A DNA stretch of 64,000 bases, from the NCBI RefSeq assembly GCF_006345805.1, contig NC_043013.1:41664001-41728000 (forward strand), given 5' to 3'. The notes under the pieces were generated by a model that was not told where the DNA came from, searched no databases, and worked only from the letters and a program-made list of their open reading frames with translations. Position 1 is the first letter of the stretch. Each line of letters starts with the position of its first letter. The translations under genes and the position numbers were made by a program. Below, one piece after another: positions 38,616-52,199 of the stretch. The stretch is from Octopus sinensis (Eukaryota).

Positions 38616-38646
<31 letters not shown>

Positions 38647-38820
38647 GTATATATATATATATTATAGATATTACGACGGGCTTCTTTCAGTTTCCGTCTA
38701 CCAATCTACTCACAAGCCCGGCTATATGAGAAGACACTCGCTCAAGTTGCTACCTTGGTACTGAAATCCGGAACCATGTTGTTCGTAAACAAGCTACTTA
38801 CCACACAGCCACTCTACGCC
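38350..38820 (-). mobile_element. SINE B; its 3' half is also duplicated at about 36502-36720
   Basis: Tail and head halves are separated by a CA/TA tract. Confidence 0.82.
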
Positions 38821-39387
38821 TATAATTGTGTGTATATATATATATATTCATGTATATATATATATATATATAGATATATAATATATATATTATATTATAT
38901 ATATATTATAGTATATATATATATATATATATATACTGTATATATACACATTGTATAAAATCTGAAGCATAGATGGTTGTATTTATATGTGTGTATGTAC
39001 GTACGCATGTATAAACGTACGTATACATGCATGTATATGGTATGATTAGTGTCTGTATGTGCATGTATGCACATACACAAATATACATGTACATAGATAT
39101 ATCAGTCATACACTAAGCACAGCAAAAACTATTATACGGCATACAGAAACCGGAAGACGGGTCTGGAGGATTGCAACATAGTGTACTCCAAAGTTCTAGA
39201 TCTTGGTGCTAAACTGGGTCAAGTAAGCCACAAAAAGATGTGAGCTCAGAATGCAAGGGCCAAAACAAAAACAAGTTCCATCATTCCATTGCCTTCGATT
39301 GGTGGGTGTTTTAGGGAACCCGAAAGGCTAAAAAGGGACATTGACGTTCGCAGCCTTTGAACTCCGAACAAAGGAAGATGAAACAAA

Positions 39388-39795
39388 TAATCCTTTCTAT
39401 ACTAAGCACAAGGCCTGAAATGTTGAGGGAGGGGAGCAGTCGATTAGATCGACCCCAGTACGCAACTGGTACTTAATTCATCGACCCCGAAAGGATGAAA
39501 GGCAAAGTCAACCTCGGCGTAATTTGAACTCAGAACCTAGCGGCAGACGAAATACCTATTTCTATTTCTTTACTACCCACAAGGGGCTAAACAAAGAGGA
39601 GACAAACAAGGACAGACAAACGGATTAAGTCGATTATATCGATCTCAGTGCGTAACTGGTACTTATTTAATCGACCCCGAAAGGATGAAAGGCAAAGTCG
39701 ACCTCGGCGGAATTTGAACTCAGAACGTAACACGCAGACGAAATACCGCTAAACATTTCTCTTGGCGTGCTAATGATTCTCCACCTCGCCGCCTC
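39388..39795 (-). mobile_element. SINE A dimer (second body with the alternative tail)
   Basis: One head, two bodies, AAATAG|GTATTTCG junction near 39556. Confidence 0.88.
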
Positions 39796-40210
39796 AGATG
39801 AGAAAATATTTGAAACTGGTTTAACGTTTTGTTTCTTTTCTCTTTTCTCTTCTTTTCTCTTTTCTTTCTCTTTGATTGCGTGGAGGGAAGGGTCAGTTTC
39901 ATCCTGCCACTGCTCTGGATCGATCGGTAAATATTTATTGATCACTAAAGGATAAAAGGCAACGCCGACCTCGGCAATATTTGAACTCAGAACGAATAAA
40001 GTCCGAACTAATAGCTTCGAGCATGAGTGTAGACGCTTCTGCTAACTCCCCCAGTTCGCAATACTGCATTGGCACCTTTTTACTGAACTGGAAAGGATAA
40101 AAGACACAGTTGCCCACAGCGGAATTTGAAGTTAAAGCGCTGAGAAATTGGAAGATATATCACGGAAAATATATCAATCCGTCGACTTTAACGACTGTAC
40201 CACATCGTGT

Positions 40211-40595
40211 GGAAGCACTCCGTCGGTTACGACGACGAGGGTTCCGGTTGATCCGAATCAACGGAACAGCCTGCTCGTGAAATTAACGTGTAAGTGGCTG
40301 AGCACTCCACAGACATGTGTACCCTTAACGTAGTTCTAGGGGATATTCAGCGTGACACAGAGAGTGACAAGGCCGGCCTTTTGAAATACAAGTACAACAG
40401 AAACAGGAAGTAAGAGTGAGAGAAAGTTGTGGTGAAAGAGTACAGCGGGGAATACCACCATCCCCTGCCGGAGCCTCGTGGAGCTTTTAGGTGTTTTCGC
40501 TCAATAAACACTCACAACGCCCGGTCTGGGAATCGAAACCACGATCCTACGACCGCGAGTCCGCTGCCCTAACCACTGGGCCATTGCGCCTCCAC
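40211..40595 (-). mobile_element. SINE C full length with 12-bp TSD
   Basis: ACCACATCGTGT at 40199-40210 and 40596-40607. Confidence 0.95.
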
Positions 40596-41025
40596 ACCAC
40601 ATCGTGTATGCAATCACTGAATTAATCTCCGTCATAAGAAAATATATTTGGTTTCGTTACAAAGCAGTCAATCTTAGAATAAAATTAAAAATTTAAAACA
40701 ACCAACAAGACTCCTTACTTCGACAGTTTAATAATTCGTTTATTCAACTATTTTGTTTTTTTGTTATTTTTAATTTTCTCTTTTTATTATTCGTTCAATT
40801 TGCATTTAATCATTTATTTCTTTAAAACAGCGCCGACACTACACAATGCAAGTATGTGCGCATGTGTATCAGCGTGTGCGTATATATACACATATATACA
40901 TTATATATATATGCACATACAAACACGCGCACATGCGTATATTTATATCTAAATATACATGCATGTATAGCTACGTATATATTATATATATATATATTAT
41001 ATATATGTTGTGGTGTGTATATATG

Positions 41026-41121
<96 letters not shown>

Positions 41122-41670
41122 CACACATATGTATGTGTGGGGATTGTATGTATATATATGTATAATGTCTGTGTGCATGTGCCTGACTTACGTGCATATA
41201 TATTATATATATGCATACATACTATATTTGTACACATGTATATATATATATATCTGTTAGTGTGTGTCTATATGTATGTATATGTGTGTGTGCATATATA
41301 CATATATGTTCATGTACGTATGCATATGCATATATTTATATGCATACATGCACGAGTGCATGCATGAATGTAGGAGTATATATAAGCTAATCTATATATA
41401 CGCATATCTCTAAGTACCGAAAACTTTGCTCACACAGAAGTGCCTTCTACACGCATGATAACACTCCAGCGTGAATTGACACACACGCACACACACAGGT
41501 ATATACATTAGATATGCTAATATATAGCTTCTAATTCTTGATATCTGGCTATATGAAAACATTAAATAAATGCTTCTTGATATTCTGTATGTTAATTATA
41601 TATATATATATATAATATATATATATATATTATATATAGGTTAGATAGATAGATAGATATATAGATAGAT

Positions 41671-41710
<40 letters not shown>

Positions 41711-41712
41711 GT

Positions 41713-41778
<66 letters not shown>

Positions 41779-41780
41779 GT

Positions 41781-41844
<64 letters not shown>

Positions 41845-41943
41845 TGCATATATACACACATATGCATGTAGAGGATGTATGTATATCCATGAGTCTCATA
41901 TTTTTTGAAAACGTGTGCTCATATGTATATATCATACGTGTGT

Positions 41944-41974
<31 letters not shown>

Positions 41975-42040
41975 AGTGTGTGTGTATATATACATATATA
42001 ATAATATATATATACATACATATATATATATGCATGTATG

Positions 42041-42074
<34 letters not shown>

Positions 42075-42676
42075 GCTTGTATATACAAACATACATACAT
42101 ACACACACACATATATATATATGCTTATATATAGAAACATACATATATATATATATATAGTTAATCCAAACAAGAACACACAAAAAACACATCAACGCGA
42201 GGACGTGGAACAAATACAGTATTATTGAACGCTCAGGAAAGAAGGGAAGAAGGAGGGTTTAACGTTTCGAGCGGAGCTCTTCGTCGGAAACATAGAAGGA
42301 AAGATCCAGAGAAGGGAAGACAGAGGAAAAAAAATAGCCAACGGTACACACGAGATCACATTTTGAAAGAACGGAAGGAGAAAGGGTGAAGAAAGATGTT
42401 TTCAAAGACAGAAGAGTTTTCAAAGACAGAAGAGTAGTATGGTCAAAGACAGCGGAATGTTAGGAGGGGGAATGCGTGTGTAAGTGTGGATGTGTGCGTG
42501 CGTGGAGGTCTGCGTGTGCATGTGTGTGTGTATATGTGCAATGATGACATGTGTGTGTGTGTGTATGTGTGCAATGATGACATGTGTGTGTGTGTGTGTG
42601 TGTGCGTGTGTGTGTGTGCGTGTGTGTGTGTATGTGTGTGTGGTTGTAGCTGTAAACAACAGGCTAGTAGTAATAT

Positions 42677-42721
<45 letters not shown>

Positions 42722-43149
42722 GCATACATACTATATTTGTACACATGTGAGTGCGAATGAGTGGTCTGCAGGCGTGTGAAGGTGTGAATGTGCCGCTAAT
42801 TGTGATGTATTTTATATATTATATTAATATCTTTTCTTATACTTTTCCCTTTATCTATCCATCTGTCTCGCCATCTATCTCACTATCTCTCTATTTACCC
42901 ATCGAACAAAAGAGACCGATAGAATAAGTACAAGGCTTACAAAGAATAAGTCCTGGGGTCGATTTGATCAACTAAAAGGCTGTGCTCCAGCATGGCCACA
43001 GTCAAATGACTGAAACAAGTAAAAGAATAACTCTTGATTGAGTTTCACGTGATCGTAAGACAATTGCGATAAAACTGAATAATAGATTACATGAAAATCG
43101 AACTTACGACCTTATAATCGGAAGCCGTATACCTTAACGACTTAGCTAC

Positions 43150-44343
43150 GTGCCTACACCCAACATATATGAACATACCCGCGCATACAATACTACCATC
43201 GCTATTATCAACACATCCCACCATTCTCATTACATCCCTCCACCCATGACCACCCTTGATCTATCACCGGTGGTCGACTACTATCAACACCGCAGTACGA
43301 TCCCAATTTCACTCATTCATCATCATCATCGTCATCACTACCAGCTGAGGATCCGTATCCCCACCGCCAGTAACAATAACCTCTCCACCACCACCACGAA
43401 CACCATCAAAACCATTGTCACCACCACTAACGTCATCACCATCACCTCCACCACCATCACCAGCCGTAGAAACAAAGGCATCACCGCCACCACAGCCGCC
43501 GACATAGATCAACTCTAACATAAAATCATTACCATCGCCACTACCAGCTGTTGCTGCAGCTGTGCCACAGCCACTACCAAACCATCCAATCCGAATTTTC
43601 ACCACCGCTACCGCCACCAATCTTCGTCAAGTTCTTCAGCGTTATATTTCGCATCGAAGATTCCAAGCGACACTTCCATAAGAAATTTTAATCTAATTGA
43701 ATCAATCTTTGTAACTTAATTTAAATCCCTGCTAACGAGGCTAGTATCTTGTTGGGGCGGCGGCGGCGAGGGTGGTGGTCGTCGTCATCGTCGTTGTCGT
43801 CGTCGTTATGGAGGAGATGGTTGGAATGGTGTCGGCAATGTTGGTGGTGTTGATAGAGGAGGTGGTGGCGGTCGTCGTCGTGATGGTCGTGGTTTTAGTG
43901 ACGGTGGGAAGGTTCGTCGTCGTCGTGGTTATGTAGATGGTTGGGATGGGGTTGGTGATGGTGGTGTTGGTGGTGGTGGTGGTCGTCGTCGTGATGGTCG
44001 TGGTTTTGATGGTGGTGTTGGTCCTCGTCGTCGTCGTCGTGACGGTGGAGATGGTGGTGGTGCTGCTGATGGGGATGGTGTTGTTCTCGTTGATGGTGAT
44101 GCTGGTAGTGGAGTCGCTATTGTTGCTGTTGCTGGTAAGGATGGTTGGGGTGGTGATTATGGCTATAGTAAAGGTGGTGGCGGTAGTAGTAGCAGTAGTA
44201 GTAGTAGTAGTAGCAACAGCAGCATTTTAGTAGTAGTAGTAGTAGTAGCAGCAGCAGCAGCAGTAGTAGTAGTAGAATAAGGAAGTGGTACAGGAGCAGT
44301 AACAGTAGTAGTAGTAGGAGTAGTACTAGCAGCAACAATATAT

Positions 44344-44410
<67 letters not shown>

Positions 44411-44430
44411 AGTAGTAGTAGTGTTTGTAG
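43150..44430. repeat. Degenerate trinucleotide low-complexity field (ACC/ATC, then GGT/GTC, then TAG/CAG)
   Basis: Direct reading. Confidence 0.9.
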
Positions 44431-44678
44431 TGTTGGTTGTAGTAAACGACGACTGAGGTATTATTGACGATGATGAGAAAAAATGTTTGGTGATGACAGC
44501 GATCTCCCAGTGTATTCCACTAAAAGAGATACCAGCGAATATAGCAAGGTTTCTACATCTTTATGGCAATATACCTATTCAGACACACGGCACCCATGTA
44601 CACAGACACACAGGCAGGCACATTAGGTACATACAAATATTCTTTTATTATTTTATACGTTTCAGCGCTAAAGCTGTG

Positions 44679-44710
<32 letters not shown>

Positions 44711-44715
<5 letters not shown>

Positions 44716-44915
44716 AGAGTTTACGAAAAAAAACAAAAGAGGAAGACAGGTGGTGTACAAAACAAACAGATGTATTAGTATAACGCTCAGGAATAGAAAA
44801 AGTCTTTTACGTTTCGAGCCTACGCTCTTCTACAGAAAGGGACACAGAAAAAACAAGGAGAGAAAAAAAGGAAAGAAAAAATGTGTGTAGTGGCAAACGA
44901 TCTATCATGGCGACT
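44711..44915 (-). mobile_element. Second copy of the 23675 family, with motif at 44804-44839
   Basis: CTTT CTGTAGA A GAGC GTAG GCTC GAAA CG TA AAAG on the minus strand. Confidence 0.7.
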
Positions 44916-44927
44916 ATGGCGACATAT

Positions 44928-44972
<45 letters not shown>

Positions 44973-44977
44973 TATTA

Positions 44978-45298
44978 AGGAGCACTCCGTCGGTTACGAC
45001 GAGGGTCCCAGCTGATACAATCAGCGGAACAGCTTGCTCGTGAAATTAACGTGCAAGTGGCAGAGCACTCCACCGACACATGTACACTTAACTTGGTTCT
45101 CAAGGAGATTCAGCATGATACAGAGTGTGACATGGTTGACCTCTTGAAATACAGGTACAACTCATTTTTGCCATCTGAGTGGACTGAAGCAACGTGAGGT
45201 AAAGTGTCTTGCTTAAGGACACAACGCGTCGCCGGGATTGAACTCACGACCTTACGATCGTGAACTGAATGCCCTAACCACTAAGCCACGCGCCTTCA
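44978..45298 (-). mobile_element. SINE D
   Basis: Same head and tail as 16055-16380. Confidence 0.85.
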
Positions 45299-45300
45299 CA

Positions 45301-45361
<61 letters not shown>

Positions 45362-45365
45362 CATA

Positions 45366-45452
<87 letters not shown>

Positions 45453-45869
45453 CACACACACCCCAACACACCACAACTATGACAGAATAAGATCCCCATA
45501 AACTGATAATTATATGAATATGATATAATACACAGACAAATAAATGGAATTAGATAACTATATATATACAAACAAAATTAATTAAATACAAAACAAAAAT
45601 AGAAAGAAAAGAAAACATAAGTACATATAAACAAATGAACTAAATAAATAAAAGCAAATTAAACGCGCGTGTATAAACAGGGGACACTGATAATACAGGT
45701 ACATTCACACACATACACACACTTATTAAACATAAACACACATGGAATATACGCAGGCGCAAATAAAGACACATACAATAGGAATACAAAATGGCTGATC
45801 ATAAGTAAGGAAAGACACGCACAAAAAAGAATGAAGAAAGCAAAGGACCATTGATGAGGTCACAGAAGT

Positions 45870-46600
45870 GGGACGAAAGAACTTTTTGAGGTTTGTGAGA
45901 GGCCGGGTGTGGATGAAATTACAGATGTTTGGGCTTTTGAATGTTCTTCCTCTTGTGTCGAGGTTTGTCACAATCGGCCTTTATGTGTCTCGTTCGACCA
46001 CATTTGAAGCACATCGACTTCTTTCCCTCCACCTGAATTTTCAGGACCACGTCCTCAACCAGGAGCACTCTATCGAGAATTTTTTCAAGATCTTCCAGAG
46101 CCGTTTGAATGATAGCCGTGATGCTCTGCTCGAGCCAATTTTGGGGGCAGAGTGTGTCACTTGTAAGATGTTAATTTCGTCCTCTCTGTTAAATAACAGG
46201 GCGGCCATCACCTACGCGGCTTCAATTTCCAGCGGTACTTTGGCCACCTTAACACGAGACGCAGAAGTACCACTTCATTTGTTTTTAAAGGGCTGACAAT
46301 GCTCGTGGGCCTTCTCTGCTGTCCTAAACCTGGCTTCTACTGTGCCAATTTTTTTTTCTAGAGATATACATGATGTCATTCCAAATTGGGGCAAGTCCTT
46401 TTTCAATTTTATCCTGGTCCATGTGTGCCATTTTCTTTTCCTTTGAGCAAAATGTTTTGAATATAACAGTTCTTTTTTTATTTCCGCCGTTGTGTCAATG
46501 GCAGGCGATATTTTAACATCGCCCTCCACCCCCGACATCCTCTTGAACATCTCCTGGAGGTCCCCAAATGGGATCTCCAGATTTTCAGTATGTATCGCGA
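45870..46600 (-). pseudogene. Tx1/L1-like ORF1 (gag-like) with CCHC knuckle, frameshifted
   Basis: GTVEARFRT..RVKVAKVPLEI..VEGKKSMCFKCGRTRHIKADC; knuckle at 45970-46011, stop at 45919-45921. Confidence 0.75.
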
Positions 46601-47046
46601 CGACTGCAAAAGAAACAGAAAAACAGAGTTCAAAAATGCTTTCCTTTCACAGGAAATATAGATTCAGGACCCACCCCCGTCAGGGGGAGGGGAGCAGCTC
46701 AGCGAAGCCAAAAAAATTATAGGTTTTCCTTCAGTTCAAAAATTAATTCCTTTCAAGAGGAACAATAGTTCAAATCTCACCCCCCCCCGCATGGGGGTGG
46801 GGCGCAGTGCAATAATGCCTACAAAGTCTAAATTATATCATGTACTCCGTTAAAGAATCCAAAACAAATGCCAAGTGGCTACAAAAATTTCACTATCCTC
46901 CGGAATGCCGGGGAATAAATAGACCAACAAAGCCTGCAAACAGGCAACAGTTCACGATAACAATTTTCAACAATAAAAATGCCAATTCACAGAGCGCAAA
47001 AAAACAAAAACACGACCGAATTCTTTAACCGGAAGCAAGCTTCTTA

Positions 47047-47271
47047 TTTGTTTATTGCCCACAAGGGGACAAACATAGAGGGGACAAACAAGGACAGACA
47101 AACGGATTAAGTCGATTATATCGACCCCAGTGCGTAACTGGTACTTATTTAATCATTAATAAATGAAAGGCAAAGTCGAGCTCTGAAGAATTTGAACTCA
47201 GAACGTAGCGGCAGACGAAATACCGCTAAGCATTTCGCCCGGTGTGCTAACGTTTCTGCCAGCTCGCCGCT
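47047..47271 (-). mobile_element. SINE A monomer with 9-bp TSD
   Basis: AGCTTCTTA at 47038-47046 and 47272-47280. Confidence 0.9.
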
Positions 47272-47364
47272 AGCTTCTTACCACACAGACACGTTTGTGG
47301 CCATCTTCTTTCCTTATCGAAGCATAGTACGGTCTGACCTGGTGCGGGGTCAAGCAACAACAGA

Positions 47365-47367
47365 AGT

Positions 47368-47421
<54 letters not shown>

Positions 47422-47560
47422 TATCATCATCATCATCACCATCATCATCATCATTATCATCATCATAATCATCGTCATTAATGCCATCATCGTCGTTATT
47501 GTAACCGTCGTTGTCGTCATCAGCAGTAGCATCCTCATCAGGAACAGTAACAACAACCAC
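47365..47560. repeat. (CAT)n microsatellite
   Basis: Direct reading. Confidence 0.95.
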
Positions 47561-48430
47561 AGAAATGCGCATAGCTACGAATATGAACATGGCAGACTCA
47601 TATAAATTGCTTACCATGCTAGGTTTCACCTTTCAAAGTTCCGAGTCAAAACATTTTATTCGTCTAAAGATTAATTATAATGTAAATATCTCTCTCTTCT
47701 GTTCTGTTTCTTCTCGATCCACGCCTGGCTCATAGGGGCCGGTTTCCCAGTTTCCTTGGTGTATAGGTTCCCCACCTGGACGGGACGCCGGTCCATCGCA
47801 GGTGTGCTGCAAGATGCAGGAGGAAAGAGTGAGAAAGATGTGGCGAAAGAGTCGGCAGAAGTTCGCTATTACCTTCTGCCGGAGCCGCGTGGAGCTTAGA
47901 TGGTTCGCTCATATGCACACACATCACCCTGTCTGAGATTCGAATCCGAGATCCTTTGACTGCAAGGCTGCTGCTCTAACCACAAGACCATGTGATTCCA
48001 CATAATGTAAATATATATGGGATTACTTACAGAATAAGATACAAGGCTCAGTGATTGTGAAAGCACATGGCTCAGTGGTTAGAGCATTGGGTTGTGTGTT
48101 GTGTTCTTGGGCAAGGTACTTGATTTCACTTTGCACCAGTTTACTCACATGTAGAAATGTGTTGCGACGTCTCTGGTACCAAGCTGTATTGGCTTTTGAC
48201 TTTCCCTTAGATAAAATCGGTGACATGGAGAGGGGAGGTATGGCATGCATGGGCGGACAGCTGGTCCTCCACAAAAACAACCTTGCTCGACTTGTCCTTC
48301 GTGGAGGGGGCGAATTTCTAGGTGCAGTCCCATGGTCGTCCGTAACCGAAGGGGGTCTTTACCTTTTACCGATAGGAATTAATATAAATCCAGAACCTAA
48401 GGAAACTGGCGATTATTGTGTCTATCTATC

Positions 48431-48610
48431 TCTCGGTTACTCGTTGGATCATTGTCCTCCAGTCAGTTCTATCCTGGGCCGCTTCTTTCAGATTGGCTAT
48501 GTCCATTACGGTATCACTCTTGATGGTGTCAAGCCAGCGGGTTCTTGGTCGGCCTCTTTCTCTCTTGCCACTGACCATTCCGAGCATGATGTCCTTCTCC
48601 AAGCACTTAA
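48431..48610 (-). mobile_element. RTE-clade LINE 3' end fragment
   Basis: LEKDIMLGMVSGKRERGRPRTRWLDTIK...LKEAAQDRTDWRTMIQRVTE is the typical RTE ORF C-terminus. Confidence 0.88.
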
Positions 48611-49403
48611 TCCGTAGGCGGTTTCTAGAGAAAAAAATACCAAATTTAATTGCCGAGAGAAGTTAAACGCAACCAAAGGGACATCATTTACTTTCTTTCT
48701 GTGCGTTTTACACGCGTTACACACTTTCAGACGAAGGTAAAAAATCCGAAAAGTTAGAGTTTTCAGTCACTCCCGCTGGTAACAGAAGTCATGAAGCACT
48801 TCGGAAAACTTTCTTTTATAGAAATATATATGCCACGATGATATAGCGACTGGGAAGAAGAGATGGAGAGACGCATTCAATCTACCAATTATTCCATTTT
48901 TTCTTCCTCCTTACAAGATATTGGCCTTTGTCTAAGATGAGTATATTTCTATTTTTTTCTTTTTTCAAACAAAACAAAACATTATTCTTTTAGATTGGAA
49001 ATATATTTCTATGATGAGATTGTTGCCAGCAAATAAAATGGTTATTCTCCTCTACTCTTCATCATTTACGCTCTAGCTAGACAAAAGAAAAACGAAAAAC
49101 ATTCAAAGATGAGAAAGAAATTATAAGAAAAATTTCGAAAAATTCAAAAACAAGCAAAAACAGATTGCAAAACGTTGGAGTTTTACAGTATTTGTATATA
49201 TTTATTGTAAAATGGAATTGAAAAAAATGGACTACTTACACTACTTTAAATTAGCGTATAGGTATATATATATGTGTGTGTGTGTGCGCGTATGTATATA
49301 TTCATGTGCTTATATATATGAATGTGTGTATGTGGGGGCTGTATGTATGTATATATGTATGTGTGTATATAATTAGTATATATGTGTATGTGTATATATG
49401 TAA

Positions 49404-49449
<46 letters not shown>

Positions 49450-49524
49450 GTATGTATGCATTGTTTGTATGTACACACAAACATACATGTGTATATATAT
49501 ATACACACACACATACATATATAA

Positions 49525-49618
<94 letters not shown>

Positions 49619-50295
49619 GGATGGATATATGGATAGCCAGATAGATACAAACATACATGCATACATACATACATTCATACATACATACACATATATGTAT
49701 ATTAATTCATGTGTGAATGTGCGTGTGTGTATGTTTGTGTTGGCTGATGTGTATATGGAAATATGGATGTGTATATGTGTATGTATGTTTATATATAGAA
49801 TTATTCATTAAATGGATATATTTCGAACAGCTCGTTATCTAAAGTGTATATATACATGTCTATATCCACACATATTATATATGTATTTCAGAGAGAGAGA
49901 GAGAGTGAACGTGAGTCTGTGTCCGTGTGTTAGCGTATGTGTGTATGTGTATGTGTGTACCTCTGTGCGTTTGTACATTTGTGTATATACACTTCGCATA
50001 CATTTGCGTATTGATATATTGTGCATTATTACAATTTATATATATATATATATACACGCATATATGTGTGTGTGCGTATTGTTGGTATATGAAAGAGTTA
50101 CGTTAGGTAAAAATGTAATAATGTTAATTATATATGGAAATTTAACAATATATTCTATGCATAAGTATGGATATAATAGAATACATGCATAATGATTCTA
50201 TATTATGCGAATATATCTAAACACATCGACAGAAAAAAATTCCTTCTCAATCTCTTTCCCTGTCTATCTCTCTCTTTCTTTCATTATATCTCTCT

Positions 50296-50339
<44 letters not shown>

Positions 50340-50507
50340 CACACACAAACACACACACACACGTACACACACATATAGAAACGACGATAACAGATAGATA
50401 GACAAACAGAAAGATAGATAGATAGATCTATTTGTGTATCTTTATGCCAGTTACCTATATTTGTATCTCTATTTATATGTGTATATACATATATAAAAGT
50501 ATATATG

Positions 50508-50550
<43 letters not shown>

Positions 50551-50964
50551 GTATGTATGCATGTATGTATATATACATATATATATATACATATATGTAT
50601 ATATATATATATATATATACAGAAATATATACATATATACATACATAGATTCTTAAATACATACATAGATGCTTGCATACATTACATATATATGTTCATA
50701 TATACGTCCATTTATACAGCCATCCATACAAGTAAATAATGCATGCTTAAAGACACTCATACGCATGCATATTCACAATTGAGCAAAATGACTCACTACA
50801 ATTAAACGAGAAAATATTTTCGTAAGCATATATTATGGCCGTGTGGTCACATACACCCACTCACACAAACATTCATACACCTACAGACACACATACACAC
50901 CACACATGCATACACACATACACACATGCCACATATATAGATATATATGTATCTATGTGTGTGT

Positions 50965-51022
<58 letters not shown>

Positions 51023-51034
51023 TTGTTTTATTCT

Positions 51035-51363
51035 TCCACTTGTTTCAGTCATTTGACTGCGGCTCCGCTAGAGCACCGCCTTTACTCGAACAAATCGCCC
51101 CCAGGACTTAATCTAGCACTTATTCCTTTCTTCCCTTTTCTCGAACCGTTAAGTTACAGGGGCGTCAACACACCAATATCGGTTGAGGGCGGATAGACAC
51201 AGACACGAATATATACATATATATATATATACAACGAGAAACTTTTAGTTTCTGTCAAACAAATTTATTCCCAAGATACTTGACCAAGGTGCCACGCAGT
51301 GAGACTGAACCCGGAACTACATGGTTGCGAAGCAAGCATCTTACCACACAGCCACGCCTGCCC
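51035..51363 (-). mobile_element. Degraded SINE B
   Basis: Tail TTCAGTCATTTGACTGCGG and head ..ACCACACAGCCACGCCTGC. Confidence 0.8.
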
Positions 51364-51689
51364 CTATATATATATAAAACTCAACTTGTGTGTCTGTGTG
51401 TTTAACTTCTCGGCACATCTCCTCATAGCCAACAAATCGTAGAACCAGCAAAAATGGGTCACTTAACGTTTAGGCAAATGAAAATTGAACTGCGCTATTT
51501 CTGTTACGAAATTCATCTCGCAAGTGCAAAAATTGATACTATGTTTGTTTAGGCCATATTCCATGCATTGAATAGTGAACTTTACTCAGTCAGCTGTTTG
51601 ACGTGAACTGTGTTCACCACGCGTGCAAGCCTGCGTAAATTGCATGAAATATATAAATAAATTAGAAAAATAAATGTATATATATATAT

Positions 51690-51910
51690 ACGTGTTTGCG
51701 TGTGTGTGCCTGTGTTTGTCACTGCCAACATTGCTTGACAACCGATGCTGGTTTGTTTACATCCCTGTAACTTAGTGGTTCGGCAAAAAAGAGACCAATA
51801 GAATAAGTACTAGGCTAACAAAGAATAAGTCCTGGGGCTGATTTCTTCGACTAAAGGTGGTGCTCCACCATGGCCGCAGTCAAATGATTGAACCATAAAG
51901 GAATAAAAGA
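51690..51910 (+). mobile_element. SINE B 3' half
   Basis: ..GAGACCAATAGAATAAGTAC..CATGGCCGCAGTCAAATG. Confidence 0.82.
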
Positions 51911-51923
51911 ATATGTATATGTA

Positions 51924-51975
<52 letters not shown>

Positions 51976-51994
51976 ATATATATACATATATATC

Positions 51995-52120
51995 TATTTT
52001 ATAGAAGGAGCTTCTACAGGACTAGAACTGTTTCATTCAAAAGAAATCATCAGGAAGCTTCCTGATGATTTCTTTTGAATGAAACAGTTCTAGTCCTGTA
52101 GAAGCTCCTTCTATAAAATA
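51995..52120. repeat. Perfect 126-bp palindrome (63-bp arms, no spacer, centre AAGCTT)
   Basis: Checked base by base; centre lies between 52057 and 52058; left end abuts (TA)n. Confidence 0.97.
52056..52106 (+). ncRNA. Type I hammerhead motif (mirrored on the minus strand by the palindrome)
   Basis: AGCUUC CUGAUGA UUUC UUUU GAAU GAAA CAG UUCUAGUC CUG UA^ GAAGCU: 6-bp stem I, intact core, 3-bp stem II with a U-U closing mismatch, 4-bp stem III, GUA site. Confidence 0.75.
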
Positions 52121-52199
52121 AATTAATTTACTCTGCTATGTATTGAGTACCTTATTTACTGTGGTTAACCCCGACTCAACCCGGGACCTACATATATAC

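Larger units (their letters stand above)
34941..38640 (+). repeat. Tandem duplication with period 1834 bp (34941-36774 and 36775-about 38640)
   Basis: Both units start AAGCATATATATGTGTGAGAGCG after a (CA)n tract; differences are mostly 1-nt indels. Confidence 0.93.

Noticed and set aside
43150-44200. ACC-rich block followed by GGT-rich block as a true inverted repeat
   Set aside because: Only compositional complementarity with one short shared word; expected for low-complexity DNA.
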